Shown: piece by piece, positions 50,053 through 62,448 of the stretch
How positions within the stretch are numbered: the first letter of the stretch is position 1
Layout of the letters: the number at the start of each line of letters is the position of its first letter
Source of the DNA: Nemertoderma westbladi
Taxonomy: Eukaryota; Animalia; Xenacoelomorpha
NCBI GenBank assembly: GCA_032718475.1
Contig: JAUCBJ010008909.1
Location: 1-62,448, forward strand
Direction of reading: 5' to 3'
DNA: 62,448 nt
The notes under the pieces: model-generated
Databases searched by the model: none
What the model was told of the DNA's origin: nothing
The model's input: only the letters and a program-made list of their open reading frames with translations
Translations under genes and position numbers: made by a program

Positions 50053-52201
50053 ACAAATAATGCCTGGGACAGATAATGCCTATTGGGACAGATAATGCCT
50101 ATTGGGACAGATAATGCCTATTGGGACAGATAATGCCTATTGGGACAGATAATGCCTATTGGGACAGATAATGCCTATTGGGACAGATAATGCTGCATAT
50201 TGGGACAGATAATGCCTATTGGGACAGATAATGCTGCCTATTGGGACAGATAATGCTGCCTATTGGGACAGATAATGCCTATTGGGACAGATAATGCTTA
50301 TTGGGATAGATAATGCCTATTGGGACATATAGTGCCTATTGGGACATATCGTGCCTATTGGGAGAGATATTGCTGCCTATTGGGACAGATAATGCTGCCT
50401 ATTGGGACAGATAATGCCTATTGGGACAGATAATGCCTATTGGGACAGATAATGCCTATTGGGACAGATAATGCATATTGGGACAGATAATGCCTATTGG
50501 GACAGATAATGCATATTGGGACAGATAATGCCTATTGGGACAGATAATGCTGCCTATTGGGACAGATAATGCCTATTGGGACAGATAATGCTGCCTATTG
50601 GGACAGATAATGCCTATTGGGACAGATAATGCTGCCTATTGGGACAGATAATGCTGCCTATTGGGACAGATAATGCCTATTGGGACAGATAATGCTTATT
50701 GGGATAGATAATGCCTATTGGGACATATAGTGCCTATTGGGACATATCGTGCCTATTGGGAGAGATATTGCTGCCTATTGGGACAGATAATGCTGCCTAT
50801 TGGGACAGATAATGCCTATTGGGACAGATAATGCCTATTGGGACAGATAATGCCTATTGGGACAGATAATGCATATTGGGACAGATAATGCCTATTGGGA
50901 CATATAGTGCCTATTGGGAGAGATATTGCTGCCTATTGGGACAGATAATGCTGCCTATTGGGACAGATAATGCCTATTGGGACAGATAATGCCTATTGGG
51001 ACAGATAATGCCTATTGGGACAGATGATGCCTATTGGGACATATAGTGCCTATTGGGAGAGATATTGCTGCCTATTGGGACAGATAATGCTGCCTATTGG
51101 GACAGATAATGCCTATTGGGACAGATAATGCCTATTGGGACAGATAATGCCTATTGGGACATATAGTGCCTATTGGGAGAGATATTGCTGCCTATTGGGA
51201 CAGATAATGCTGCATATTGGGACAGATAATGCCTATTGGGACAGATAATGCCTATTGGGACAGATAATGCCTATTGGGACAGATAATGCTGCCTATTGGG
51301 ACAGATAATGCCTATTGGGACAGATAATGCCTATTGGGACATATAGTGCCTATTGGGACAGACAATGCAACCTATTGGGACAGATAATGCCTATTGGGAC
51401 AGATAATGCTGCCTATTGGGACAGATAATGCAACCTATTGGGACATATAATGCCTATTGGGACAGATAATGCTGCCTATTGGGACAGATAATGCTGCCTA
51501 TTGGGACAGATAATGCCTATTGGGACAGATAATGCCTATTGAGACATATAATGCCTATTGGGACAGATAATGCAACGTATTGGGACAGATAATGCCTATT
51601 GGGACAGATAATGCTGCCTATTGGGACATATAATGCCTATTGGGACATATATGTTGCTTATTGGGACCGATAATGCTGCCTATTGGGACAGATAATGCTG
51701 CTTATTGGGACATATAATGCCTATTGGGACATATATGTTGCTTATTGGGACCGATAATACTGCCTATTGGGACAGATAATGCCTATTGAGACATATAATG
51801 CCTATTGGGACAGATAATGCAACGTATTGGGACAGATAATGCCTATTGGGACAGATAATGCTGCCTATTGGGACAGATAATGCCTATTGGGACAGATAAT
51901 GCCTATTGGGACCGATAATGCTGCCTATTGGGACAGATAATGCTGCCTATTGGGACATATAATGCCTATTGGGACATATATGTTGCTTATTGGGACCGAT
52001 AATGCTGCCTATTGGGACAGATAATGCCTATTGAGACATATAATGCCTATTGGGACAGATAATGCAACGTATTGGGACAGATAATGCCTATTGGGACAGG
52101 TAATGCTGCCTATTGGGACAGATAATGCCTATTGGGACAGGTAATGCCTATTGGGACCGATAATGCTGCCTATTGGGACAGATAATGCTGCCTATTGGGA
52201 C
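50053..52201. repeat. 19/22-bp minisatellite array, about 105 copies
   Basis: GCCTATTGGGACAGATAAT with +GCT variants and repeated blocks of variants. Confidence 0.97.
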
Positions 52202-53249
52202 CTAACCAAGGGCAGATCGACGATCGTGTACTAAATGAGATTTCGTAGTCTAGATAATTGGGAATCGGCACAATTCAATCATCTAATTATTTCACAGAAG
52301 TTTGAAAATCTTTCGAACGATGGATATAATGATGTGTTGATTTCTTTAAAGCAAAAAAAAAACGAAAAACACTTTTCTGTAGAAATAATTAATGATATAA
52401 TAAGCTCTGCCTGCAGAAAAACAGCAATTATTATTAAACAATAAAATAATTTAATATCATTATTGAGTATTATTTTGCTGGACATACAATAGAATTGCGA
52501 TGCCATTATAGCCAGGCAGCACAATAACATCGACCAACAGGGTTCTGATTCTGCGACAATTGAGAACTAGATCTGTTTACATGTCCTAATCAGATACAGA
52601 AAACACTTGAGCAAGTTAGATAACGAGATAAATTACTGTACCTTACCTAAACTAAATATATATACATAACAAATAGTTAGTTAGTATTCGGAGTTAGTTA
52701 ACGGGATTTCAAGGATTATTTCAGGACTCCGCCCTTATCCTTAGTGCAATCTTTATATCGCCAAGTATTTTTTAGATATTTTACACAGGTTTAAAATCTT
52801 CTTAATATACACCATAACTCTTAATACAACAACCATTTTATTTAAGGGTTATTGGTGTATTGTCATAACTATTGATAAAAAAATGAAACGGGCGTATGGT
52901 TTGGAAATTTTGGAATTTTAACATTGAAGAATATTGTTTAATGTTTAGTATGGTGGCCCACAACTGACAGGTAGAAACCAAAGTGATGCATGTTCTATGT
53001 TGTGGTTTCTTTATTGACTTCCCTGGTTTCTCTATTGACTTTCCTGTCCTTCTTTGTTGTCTGCTCTGCCTTGCCTTGGCTTCTTTGTTGTCTTGCTCTG
53101 CTCTGCTTTTATGTTTTCCAACCTCTACTTTTGATTTTCTGCATTGGCTTCTTCGTATTTTTCCACGGTTATTATTTCTTGGCCATGCAAACCAAACTTG
53201 AAAGATATGTATATAAAAGTAGTAGTTTAATTGCATTTCTTATGCGGAC

Positions 53250-54831
53250 AATATCAGCACCCATCATGCTGATACCGTGGCCAACACCCATCGTGCTGAT
53301 ACCGTGGCCAACACCCATCGTGCTGATACCGTGGCCAACACCCATCGTGCTGATACCGTGGCCAACAACCATCGTGCTGATACCGTGGCCAACACCCATC
53401 GTGCTGATACCGTGGCCAACACCCATCGTGCTGATACCGTGGCCAACACACATCGTGCTGATACCGGGCCAACACCCATCGTCCTGATACCGTGTCCAAC
53501 ACCCTCCAATATCAACACCCATCGTGCTGATACCGTGGCCAACACCCATCGTGCTGATACCGTGGCCAACACCCATCGTGCTGATACCGTGGCCAACACC
53601 CATCGTGCTGATACCGTGGCCAACACCCATCGTGCTGATACCGGGCCAACACCCATCGTGCTGATACCGTGGCCAACACCCGTCGTGCTGATACCGTGGC
53701 CAGCACCCTCCAATATCAGCATCCATCGTGTTGATACCGTGGCCAACACCCTCCAATATCAGCACCCATTGTGCTGATACCGTGGCCACCACCCTCCAAT
53801 ATCAGCACCCATTGTGCTGATACCGTGGCCAACACCATCCAATATCAGCACCCATTGTGCTGATACCGTGGCCAACACCCGTCGTGTTGATACCGTGACC
53901 AACACCCGTCGTGTTGATACCGTAGCCAACACCCATCGTGCTGATACCGAGGCCAACAGCCTCCAATATCAGCATCCATCGTGCTGATACCGAGGCCAAC
54001 ATCCTTCAATATCAGCACCCATCGTGCTGATACCGCGGTCAACACCCTCCAATATTTGCACCCATCGTGCCGATACCGAGGCCAACACCCTCCAATATCA
54101 GCACCCATCGTGCTGATACCGTAGCCAACACCCATCGTGCTGATACCGAGGCCAACAGCCTCCAATATCAGCATCCATCGTGCTGATACCGAGGCCAACA
54201 TCCTTCAATATCAGCACCCATCGTGCTGATACCGCGGTCAACACCCTCCAATATCAGCACCCATTGTGCTGATACCGTGGCCAACACCCGTCGTGTTGAT
54301 ACCGTGACCAACACCCGTCGTGTTGATACCGTAGCCAACACCCATCGTGCTGATACCGAGGCCAACAGCCTCCAATATCAGCATCCATCGTGCTGATACC
54401 GAGGCCAACATCCTTCAATATCAGCACCCATCGTGCTGATACCATGGCCAACACCTTCCAATATCAGCACCCATCGTGCTGATACCGTAACCAACACCCT
54501 CCAATATCAGCACCCATCGTGCTGATACCGCGGTCAACACCCTCCAATATTTGCACCCATCGTGCTGATACCGTGGCCAACACCCTCCAATATCAGCACT
54601 ATCGTGCTGATACCGTAGCCAACACCCATCGTGCTGATACCGAGGCCAACACCCTCCAATATCAGCATCCATCGTGCTGATACCGAGGCCAACATCCTTC
54701 AATATCAGCACCCATCGTGCTGATACCGTGGCCAACATCCTTCCATATCAGCACCCATCGTGCTGATACCGTTGCCAACACCCTCCAATATCAGCACCCA
54801 TCGTGCTGATACCGTGGCCAACACCCTCCAA
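53250..54831. repeat. 27/42-bp composite minisatellite
   Basis: CCGTGGCCAACACCCATCGTGCTGATA with or without a 15-bp CTCCAATATCAGCAC insert. Confidence 0.96.
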
Positions 54832-56188
54832 TTCCAACGTACAATGTTAATCCAATATATTGTTACTACTAGGTCGAGAGAGCTCGGGCATATAATATAT
54901 TATTAATTGAGATTTAGTTACCTAAACGCCGTTTGATATTCAGAAAGCGTATGTTTCTTTCTTTGAAGGAGGACTACATCTTGTAAACGAAAGTTGTTGC
55001 AAACTCGATGACAGACACGTGGCTGATTCTGGCTCTGTAAAAGAGAGATCCCCGCTAAAGTTCGTTAATTGTCATGTTTCTATTCGAGTTAGAGAGCCGA
55101 CCACATCATAGGCCTGGAATAGATTCGTTTATGAAATTAAGTAGGCTTACAAGGAGTAGAAGAATATGGTGACAATAGGAGGACGTTGTTACGGCAACCT
55201 TGACGCATAAAAATAAGTAACAGGTTCCCAGAGCCTCATGTAATCAACAAAGTAAAACATCACGGATTAGTGACGGTCTTACTAGTCAGTATAATTCAAC
55301 TAGACAGTAGTGGAAGTATTAGAGGGATGATTTCAATTACTTAAAGAAGATTAATTATTGCCGTACAACACTGTATTACTGGAAAGGTAAGACGATAACT
55401 GATTCGCGTCGTTTTAGCAATAGCTTTTGGTGCTCAGCTCAGGGGGTCAGGCTACATATGATCAGTTCACAGAAGCGGAGATACTGGAGCATACTATATC
55501 GAATAATTTTACTTTGAAATTATTAGAGAAAAATTCTGGAAGTCATTTTGGTTTCGAAACATCGCTACTACAATTTTTACCAATGGAATAAAAACTTATC
55601 TAATTTAGCTGTATTTATTAAGTAAGTTTCAGGATTCTTTCGCTTTAGAGATGCGATACTCCCTTTATTATAATTAAATCCATTCCAATTTTTGGGTATC
55701 TGACTTTTCACCGCAACTATCGCGCTTAGGATTCTACTTAACTTCTGCAGTCGCCCGATTCCAATAAAACATCGATAGTTAGTGCAAGCTGGTGCACTTA
55801 GGAATGAAAGCTATTGATTGACTTTACCCTGACGAGATGTTGTGAAACACCTACACAACAATCGCATGAAAGCTGTCTCCACATGTAAATCAATCTTTGA
55901 GGCAAGTGGTCCTTCTCAATGCTAGCTGGTGGATCTAATGCCGACCCATTGTATGCATCCAGACCCATCATTGTATGCATATATTGATAATGAATTTAGG
56001 CGAGTGGTTAAGGCATGTAAATCGATAGTTGAGTTAAGACGGGATGCCATGAGTGGTTTGGGGGTGGGGAGAAGGGGGGGGCGGGGGGGGTATGTATGTA
56101 TGGGCATGTAGAGAGGACTCCCACTGACTTAAAGTATCCAAAGTCACATTTTTTTGCTTATTCTTTTACATTTATCCCTAAATGGGAT

Positions 56189-57517
56189 GTTTTGTCTGGG
56201 CTGCTACTGTTGACCTGTAACTTTAACTTTTTGTCTGGGCTGCTACTGTTGACCTGTAACTTTAACTTTTTGTCTGGGCTGCTACTGTTGACCTGTAACT
56301 TTAACTTTTTGTCTGGGCTGCTACTGTTGACCTGTAACTTTAACTTTTTGTCCGGGCTGCTACTGTTGACCTGTAACTTTAACTTTTTGTCTGGGCTGCT
56401 ACTGTTGACCTGTAACTTTAACTTTTTGTCTGGGCTGCTACTGTTGACCTGTAACTTTAACTTTTTGTCTGGGCCTCTACTATTGACCTGTAACTTTAAC
56501 TTTTTGTCTGGGCTGCTACTGTTGACCTGTAACTTTAACTTTTTGTCTGGGCTGCTACTGTTGACCTGTAACTTTAACTTTTTGTCTGGGCTACTACTGT
56601 TGACCTGTAACTTTAACTTTTTGTCTGGGCTACTACTGTTGACCTGTAACTTTAACTTTTTGTCTGGGCTGCTACTGTTGACCTGTAACTTTAACTTTTT
56701 GTCTGGGCTGCTACTGTTGACCTGTAACTTTAACTTTTTGTCTGGGCTGCAACTGTTGACCTGTAACTTTAACTTTTTGTCTGGGCTGCAACTGTTGACC
56801 TGTAACTTTAACTTTTTGTCTGGGCTACTACTTTTGACCTGTAACTTTAACTTTTTGTCTGGGCTGCAACTGTTGACCTGTAACTTTAACTTTTTGTCTG
56901 GGCTACTACTGTTGACCTGTAACTTTAACTTTTTGTCTGGGCTGCAACTGTTGACCTGTAACTTTAACTTTTTGTCTGGGCTACTACTTTTGACCTGTAA
57001 CTTTAACTTTTTGTCTGGGCTACTACTGTTGACCTGTAACTTTAACTTTTTGTCTGGGCTGCAACTGTTGACCTGTAACTTTAACTTTTTGTCTGGGCTG
57101 CAACTGTTGACCTGTAACTTTAACTTTTTGTCTGGGCTACTACTTTTGACCTGTAACTTTAACTTTTTGTCTGGGCTGCAACTGTTGACCTGTAACTTTA
57201 ACTTTTTGTCTGGGCTACTACTGTTGACCTGTAACTTTAACTTTTTGTCTGGGCTGCAACTGTTGACCTGTAACTTTAACTTTTTGTCTGGGCTACTACT
57301 TTTGACCTGTAACTTTAACTTTTTGTCTGGGCTGCAACTGTTGACCTGTAACTTTAACTTTTTATCTGGGCTACTACTGTTGACCTGTAACTTTAACTTT
57401 TTATCTGGGCTACTACTGTTGACCTGTAACTTTAACTTTTTGTCAGGGCTGCTACTGTTGACCTGTAACTTTAACTTTTTGTCAGGGCTGCTACTGTTGA
57501 CCTGTAACTTTAACTTT
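56189..57517. repeat. 39-bp minisatellite, about 34 copies
   Basis: TTTTGTCTGGGCTGCTACTGTTGACCTGTAACTTTAACT repeated. Confidence 0.97.
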
Positions 57518-57620
57518 GTGATCATTCTGTTTCTCTGTAACAATTACAATCTGCTCATTTCACTTGTCCAGTCAATTTAAGTAAAACCTAAAACTAATTC
57601 GCAATTCAATCGAACCACAT

Positions 57621-58783
57621 TGTAAAAGCTTTTGCGTCATTAACCGGTTATTTTCCCTTAAAGTACTCTGTAGTTGGTTTGCCAGGCATAAAAAGGCCGT
57701 GTCCTTGCTGTACTGGTGTTTTAGAGGACATAAAAGTCATTTCTTCTGTATTTGTACTGTATTTGTACTTTAGAGGACATAATCCGCAATCTCGTGACGC
57801 GATAAGCTAGATACTCTTGAAAACAGTGTCGCTACCATGACGACGGCTAACAGCTGATATTGCCACGTCGACATTTCTTTGTTTCTTTGTTCTCTCGTTG
57901 TTCGGTTGACCAATCAGAGCGTTTTTTGTCTCTGTGTTGGAGGTGTATACAGAACTCAGTAGTTCAGTGTGTTATGTTTTTGCCCAGAGCCTAAGAACAT
58001 CGGCCTTTGGCACCTCCGTATATCAGCATTCTTTAGCTTTACATTAGTAGGCTTAATTATAGAACGTATATCTGTTATCACAAGTTAACTCATTCACTTA
58101 ATAATCATTTATACATTAATATTACTGCTTTTAATGTCGGTTATTCGTTATATTTGCTGATGAAATATTATATCGGAATACTGATCAATAGTCAGACACC
58201 CCACCTTCTTGATATACTAAAGGTTAGAGAGACCGGTTACAGATAAACGATTGCGACCTATGTTAAGTGGTTTGAAGTGAATCTAATGCTATTTCATATG
58301 CCCGACATAAATTGTATGTTGCTCTCTTTATACGTGACCAAATTTAGTGAAGGTCGGCAGATTAGTGTGCAGTATTGTGCAGCATTGTGTATGAGTGTAA
58401 CTGATAACAAAGCATCTCCTAAAGAATGCGCCATATACGTTAATCTATAGCCTTTTCGTTGTGTCTAGTTTAAGTCATAACTCTGTTTACATATTTAGAG
58501 CGCCACGTCCTAAAGGAACTGTTAATATTTCCCGAAAGTGAATAATATTTGTCAGAGATTATATATTACGATCAGTCGAATAATACAGTAGGCTTACACC
58601 ATCAATCATTAAGCTCCGAACTCAGTCTCCCGGGTATATCCAACGGGTGAATGATTGCGCATAGACTGGCTTCGGCTAATGTAGTGTATCAAATACTCGT
58701 CATAAAGCTAAAGAATATATATCATCTAAAAGACATCCTAATTTGGCAGGTTAAACTGTCAAAGGTCTTCAAAAGCGCAAACA
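57621..58783 (+). repeat. 5' LTR of the second element (about 1163 bp)
   Basis: Starts TGTAAAAGCTT like LTR 1; ends AAAAGCGCAAACA; the part from ~58041 onward aligns with 26297-27114. Confidence 0.85.
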
Positions 58784-58794
58784 ATAACAGATAT
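58784..58794 (+). promoter_or_regulatory. Non-tRNA primer-binding site of the second element (ATAACAGATAT)
   Basis: Perfect reverse complement of ATATCTGTTAT at 58068-58078 inside its LTR. Confidence 0.75.
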
Positions 58795-60972
58795 TGCTTC
58801 TGGATTGCGGTGTAAGCAATCTAGTCGAAAGTACCGGTCGACCGGAAACCTGTAGGCCTGACTGCCTGATCATCCGGACCGGTACCTACATACAGTACAG
58901 GTACAGCAGTATTATTCGATTTGATTATTATATGCCGGTAGGTCTTAATAATTAATCGGGGACGCCTGGTTTTTATTGGGATTTTACTTAGGCCTATTTC
59001 TGTCAGTTTTATTTATTTGTAGGCCAGTATTGAGCAGAAGGCGTGTAAGCCTGCTCAGATTGTACAGATAATTTGTAGGCTTGACTGTTGGCTAACTGTT
59101 GATTAGGTCTGAACGGATTGCAGTGCATGTAGAGTGTATGTCCGATAAAGAACGGTTAGGAAGTAGGGGCAGCCATAGCTGTAAGGTAAACCCCCATCTA
59201 AAGAATAAGTCGTACTACTGGGTTAGAACGCATACTACTTAACCATTTCGGAGTCTGCATGTCCTGTGGTTTATTTAGGCTTGATAGTAGTCTGCCATCG
59301 TTTAGTCTGTACTTTGTTTGTGTAGTCTGTACGGGTAGCGTATAATTTTATTTAGATAATTTGTAGGCTGGATAGTTGTCTGGCTGCTGTTGGGTTTGAG
59401 GAAATTTCGGTGTGTGTAAAGCATCTGTCCGATAAAGAACGGTTAGGAAGTAGGGGCAGCCATAGCTGTAAGGTAAACCCCCATCTAAAGAATAAGTCGT
59501 ACTACTGGGTTAGAACGCATACTACTTAACCATTTCGGAGTCTGCATATACCGTAGTTTGTTTAGGCTTGATAGTAGTCTGTCAGTATTTGGTCTGCATT
59601 TTGTTTGAGTGGTTTGTACGCGTAGCGTAATATTTATTATTCAGAGTTTATGCTATTATTCGCAACATTCATATCCCCAAGTTTATTCCTACAGTAATTG
59701 TGTTTGTTATACATACCGTTATAGTTAAACTAACCCCGGTACTACATCAGGGCTGCTCGGCGTAGGTAAAGACTGGTGATTTTGTGCACCGGTCACTCCA
59801 GCAGATGCCGTGGTTCTTTTAGCTGTTCAAGTATTTTTAACTACTAATTATTTGTTATACAAGTACTTGTACCTAATTTAGGGTTTAGTGTACAGTACTT
59901 TCCGAAGGTGATTAGTGTGTAGGCAGTGTATTTGTGTTGTAAAGTGGTTAATAGGCACGTTGGTTCTGGTAGACCGCGGTAATTAATCTCTAGGTAGGGA
60001 CACTCCGTGATACATAACGTAGTACCTATAGCGATACGGTTATAGGTCGTCAGGCGGTGGTATTTTCCTATCTGGACAACGCAGTATATTTACTACTACT
60101 TATTATTTTCAAATACCGTAGTAACCTGTCCGTTGTAATAACCAGATATTCTAACCCTTTGTTAGGCTGGTTAGTAGACTTCTTGTAAAATTACCCTAAA
60201 AATTTGTATTTGTGTATTTGTAATTAAATTTTTGTGTTTATTTAGAGATTGTAATCTCAACCCGAATTGTACGTAATTTGTAGTATTAAGTAACTTAGGT
60301 AAATTAGAATTATTTGTTTTAGTGTCTAACAAGTAGCACTCCACTGAGAGCGCACAGCTTATGTGTAGTGACTCCCCCAGAAATAATAACATTTATTTCA
60401 AACATTGACAAAACCCATTAAACGGGTATATATATATTATAAATCAACTCAAACGATTTATAAATAGTAGGCCTGCCATACAACAATTAGGTCTCAATAT
60501 CAGTTGGACTACTGCTTAAATAACGGTAATAAAGTAAGTTAAAGTAACCAAGTAACCCTTAAAATTCAGAAATTCAATTATTTAAAATAATTGATATACC
60601 GGTATTTACAATAGGCTTATTATATTTATTTCATAAACTTAGGCTGAAATCATACCGGTATTCTGTAATTAATTCTAGTTAATAATTATACTTATATATA
60701 CTATAAGTGTAAACTGCATACCGGTATCCACGATAGGCCTATTATATATTTATATATATTTGTGCTAAAATTATATACCGGTTTCTGTGAAAAACCTAGT
60801 CTGTAATAATACTTATATATACCATAAGCATACCGGTATACTAATATATTATATATCACGCTACACTGAGTAGCAGTATCGGTAATTAATTACTAGGCTA
60901 GCAGTTAAGGCTGAATTACTAGACTTGCTTAGACTGTAATATAGCAGTAGGCATTCAACTGTGTAAACAAAC

Positions 60973-62448
60973 ATGTCTGATACTAAGCAGAACCTGTCAG
61001 ACAGTTTATTAGATGTAACTATCTGCGACTCAGATAGAGGTGTAGAACCGTCTAGTCCTAAGTTCAGTTCACCTCCCACTGTGAGGAAGGTCATCCCTCC
61101 AGTAGTAATAACAGAACCGAGGCTGGTCCAACATCGTAGGTCTATCATAGGCACTCGAGCTCAGGTCAAGCGGGACCAAGAAGCAGCGGAACAGCAACAA
61201 CCCGCGAGCCAAGAACTTATTTCTCAGCGGCCCAACAGCTCCAGTAGTGAGGATACTGTAGAGCTGACACCCGAGCGCGGAGCAAGGATGACGGATGCGG
61301 TTTATTCGGATCCCCTTCTCATCCTTCCTGCAGCCGTACTCACTAGGTTATTGATCGCTGTGGAAGAACACCAGATCGATTGGGCGAGAAGTAAGCGATC
61401 AACTAAAGATAGTTATGAGGGATACACAAGGGAAGAACTGAAGTCTATGGTCGAGTCGCAATGGAACTTCCCCGGACCCGGACTCCCGTTTGATTTATCA
61501 GAAGCTGCCTGGGAAGACATACACCGGATGGGAGTAGCCAAGGAAACCATCGATCCAGCTGTATGGAAGAGGTCCGCAGCCGGATACGCACAGGGATTCT
61601 TCAGCTCTATGGAGCGAGTAGAAAAACAACTGTTTCAACAACCTCAAGGACCTCAAGAGCAGGGACAACTGCTTTATCAAGTTAGAGAAAGAATTCTGCG
61701 AATTAGGCTAATCTTATCGGCCTTCGAGGAGGCTTCTAAAAGAAGACAAGACACGTCGTTGCAAGTTGCCGTAAAGACTTGGTTTCAACGGGTGAGTCGC
61801 CAGGTTCAAGGAACAGCTCAGTGGAAAGCTCAGCTGGAGGAGCGCTCAACCCATGGAGAATCAACAGACGCTACTTTTTCCCAAGTGGAAAGTGAAGCGA
61901 CGGCAGAGAAACCGCATAAGAGGGATGCCATTGACATCTATCTGTCAGACTATCAACGTTTTTTAGGTGATGAAGAGTTGAGGAGAAGGTTAGAGGGGCT
62001 TAGCCCTAATAGTGAAGGAGCCCAGCGTGTGTTGGACGCAATCGATGTGGATAGGTTAGCTGCGAACCAAGCTAAATTCAATGAAAGCATCCGCATCGTT
62101 AAGGTTCAAGAAGAACAAGTAAAGAAAAAACGTATAGAAGATAGAAAGAAAGCGGCAGAGGCAGCGGCAGAGGCAAAAGCGGCAGCGGCAGAGGCAAAAG
62201 CGGCAGCTGCAGCAGTAGAAGCCGAAAGAAAGGCGGCCGAAGCGGAAAGAAAAATAGCAGTGGCAGAAGCAGAACGGAGGGCATCTGAAGAGACAACCCA
62301 ACTAGAGTTGGAAAATCTTCAAGAGAGACAAGACAACTTTAATAAACAGTTAACAGCTAGTAATATGCAGATGATGAATCGATCTACTCCCAAAAGACAA
62401 GGTTATACATCATCTGAGGAAGGCGATACCACCGATACTGAAGGCAAA
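60973..62448 (+). CDS. Gag N-terminal 492 codons of the second element, open to the window edge (absent from the ORF track)
   Basis: Manual translation MSDTKQNLSDS...HRRSIIGTRAQVKR...DTVELTPER...AVWKRSAAGY...RIRLILSAFEE...YLSDYQRFLGDEELRRRL...SSEEGDTTDTEGK has no stop and is collinear with the 28887 ORF. Confidence 0.9.
   Translation, partial: MSDTKQNLSDSLLDVTICDSDRGVEPSSPKFSSPPTVRKVIPPVVITEPRLVQHRRSIIGTRAQVKRDQEAAEQQQPASQELISQRPNSSSSEDTVELTPERGARMTDAVYSDPLLILPAAVLTRLLIAVEEHQIDWARSKRSTKDSYEGYTREELKSMVESQWNFPGPGLPFDLSEAAWEDIHRMGVAKETIDPAVWKRSAAGYAQGFFSSMERVEKQLFQQPQGPQEQGQLLYQVRERILRIRLILSAFEEASKRRQDTSLQVAVKTWFQRVSRQVQGTAQWKAQLEERSTHGESTDATFSQVESEATAEKPHKRDAIDIYLSDYQRFLGDEELRRRLEGLSPNSEGAQRVLDAIDVDRLAANQAKFNESIRIVKVQEEQVKKKRIEDRKKAAEAAAEAKAAAAEAKAAAAAVEAERKAAEAERKIAVAEAERRASEETTQLELENLQERQDNFNKQLTASNMQMMNRSTPKRQGYTSSEEGDTTDTEGK

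Larger units (their letters stand above)
57621..62448 (+). mobile_element. Second, diverged member of the same BEL/Pao-derived LTR family, truncated by the window end
   Basis: LTR, leader and gag are collinear with 25835-30435; predicted TSD CACAT (57616-57620). Confidence 0.92.

Noticed and set aside
55770-56110. Possible decayed LINE endonuclease N-terminus on the minus strand
   Set aside because: Only a vague resemblance (LSIYAYN); motifs too degraded to support a call.
52838-57580. Repeat-peptide ORFs over the 27-bp and 39-bp arrays
   Set aside because: Unit lengths are multiples of three and open on both strands; no independent evidence of coding.

Overview
AT-rich, repeat-dense eukaryotic DNA, probably from an invertebrate animal. 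It holds two apparently intronless host genes on the minus strand (LRR1 and BOLA1). About one third of the window is tandem repeat: arrays with 19, 27, 30, 39, 40, 47, 59 and 67 bp units, plus (GACA)n and (ATT)n. There are several decayed LINE fragments (RTE, RTE-X-like, CRE-like) and two MITE-like elements. The main structure is a young, complete 12.1 kb BEL/Pao-derived LTR retroelement (25835-37946) with 1280 bp LTRs that look identical and a CATTT target-site duplication. It encodes a 1600 aa Gag-protease but no RT or integrase. A diverged relative starts at 57621 and runs off the window end. Neither element has a tRNA primer-binding site. In both, the 11 nt immediately after the 5' LTR are the perfect reverse complement of an 11-mer inside the LTR, with two compensatory changes between the copies. 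This is the signature of Tf1-type self-primed reverse transcription, which I do not know of in BEL/Pao elements. Separately, the 5.6 kb 30-bp satellite appears to have been amplified from inside a dead RTE endonuclease domain. All alignments were done by eye and no database searches were run.
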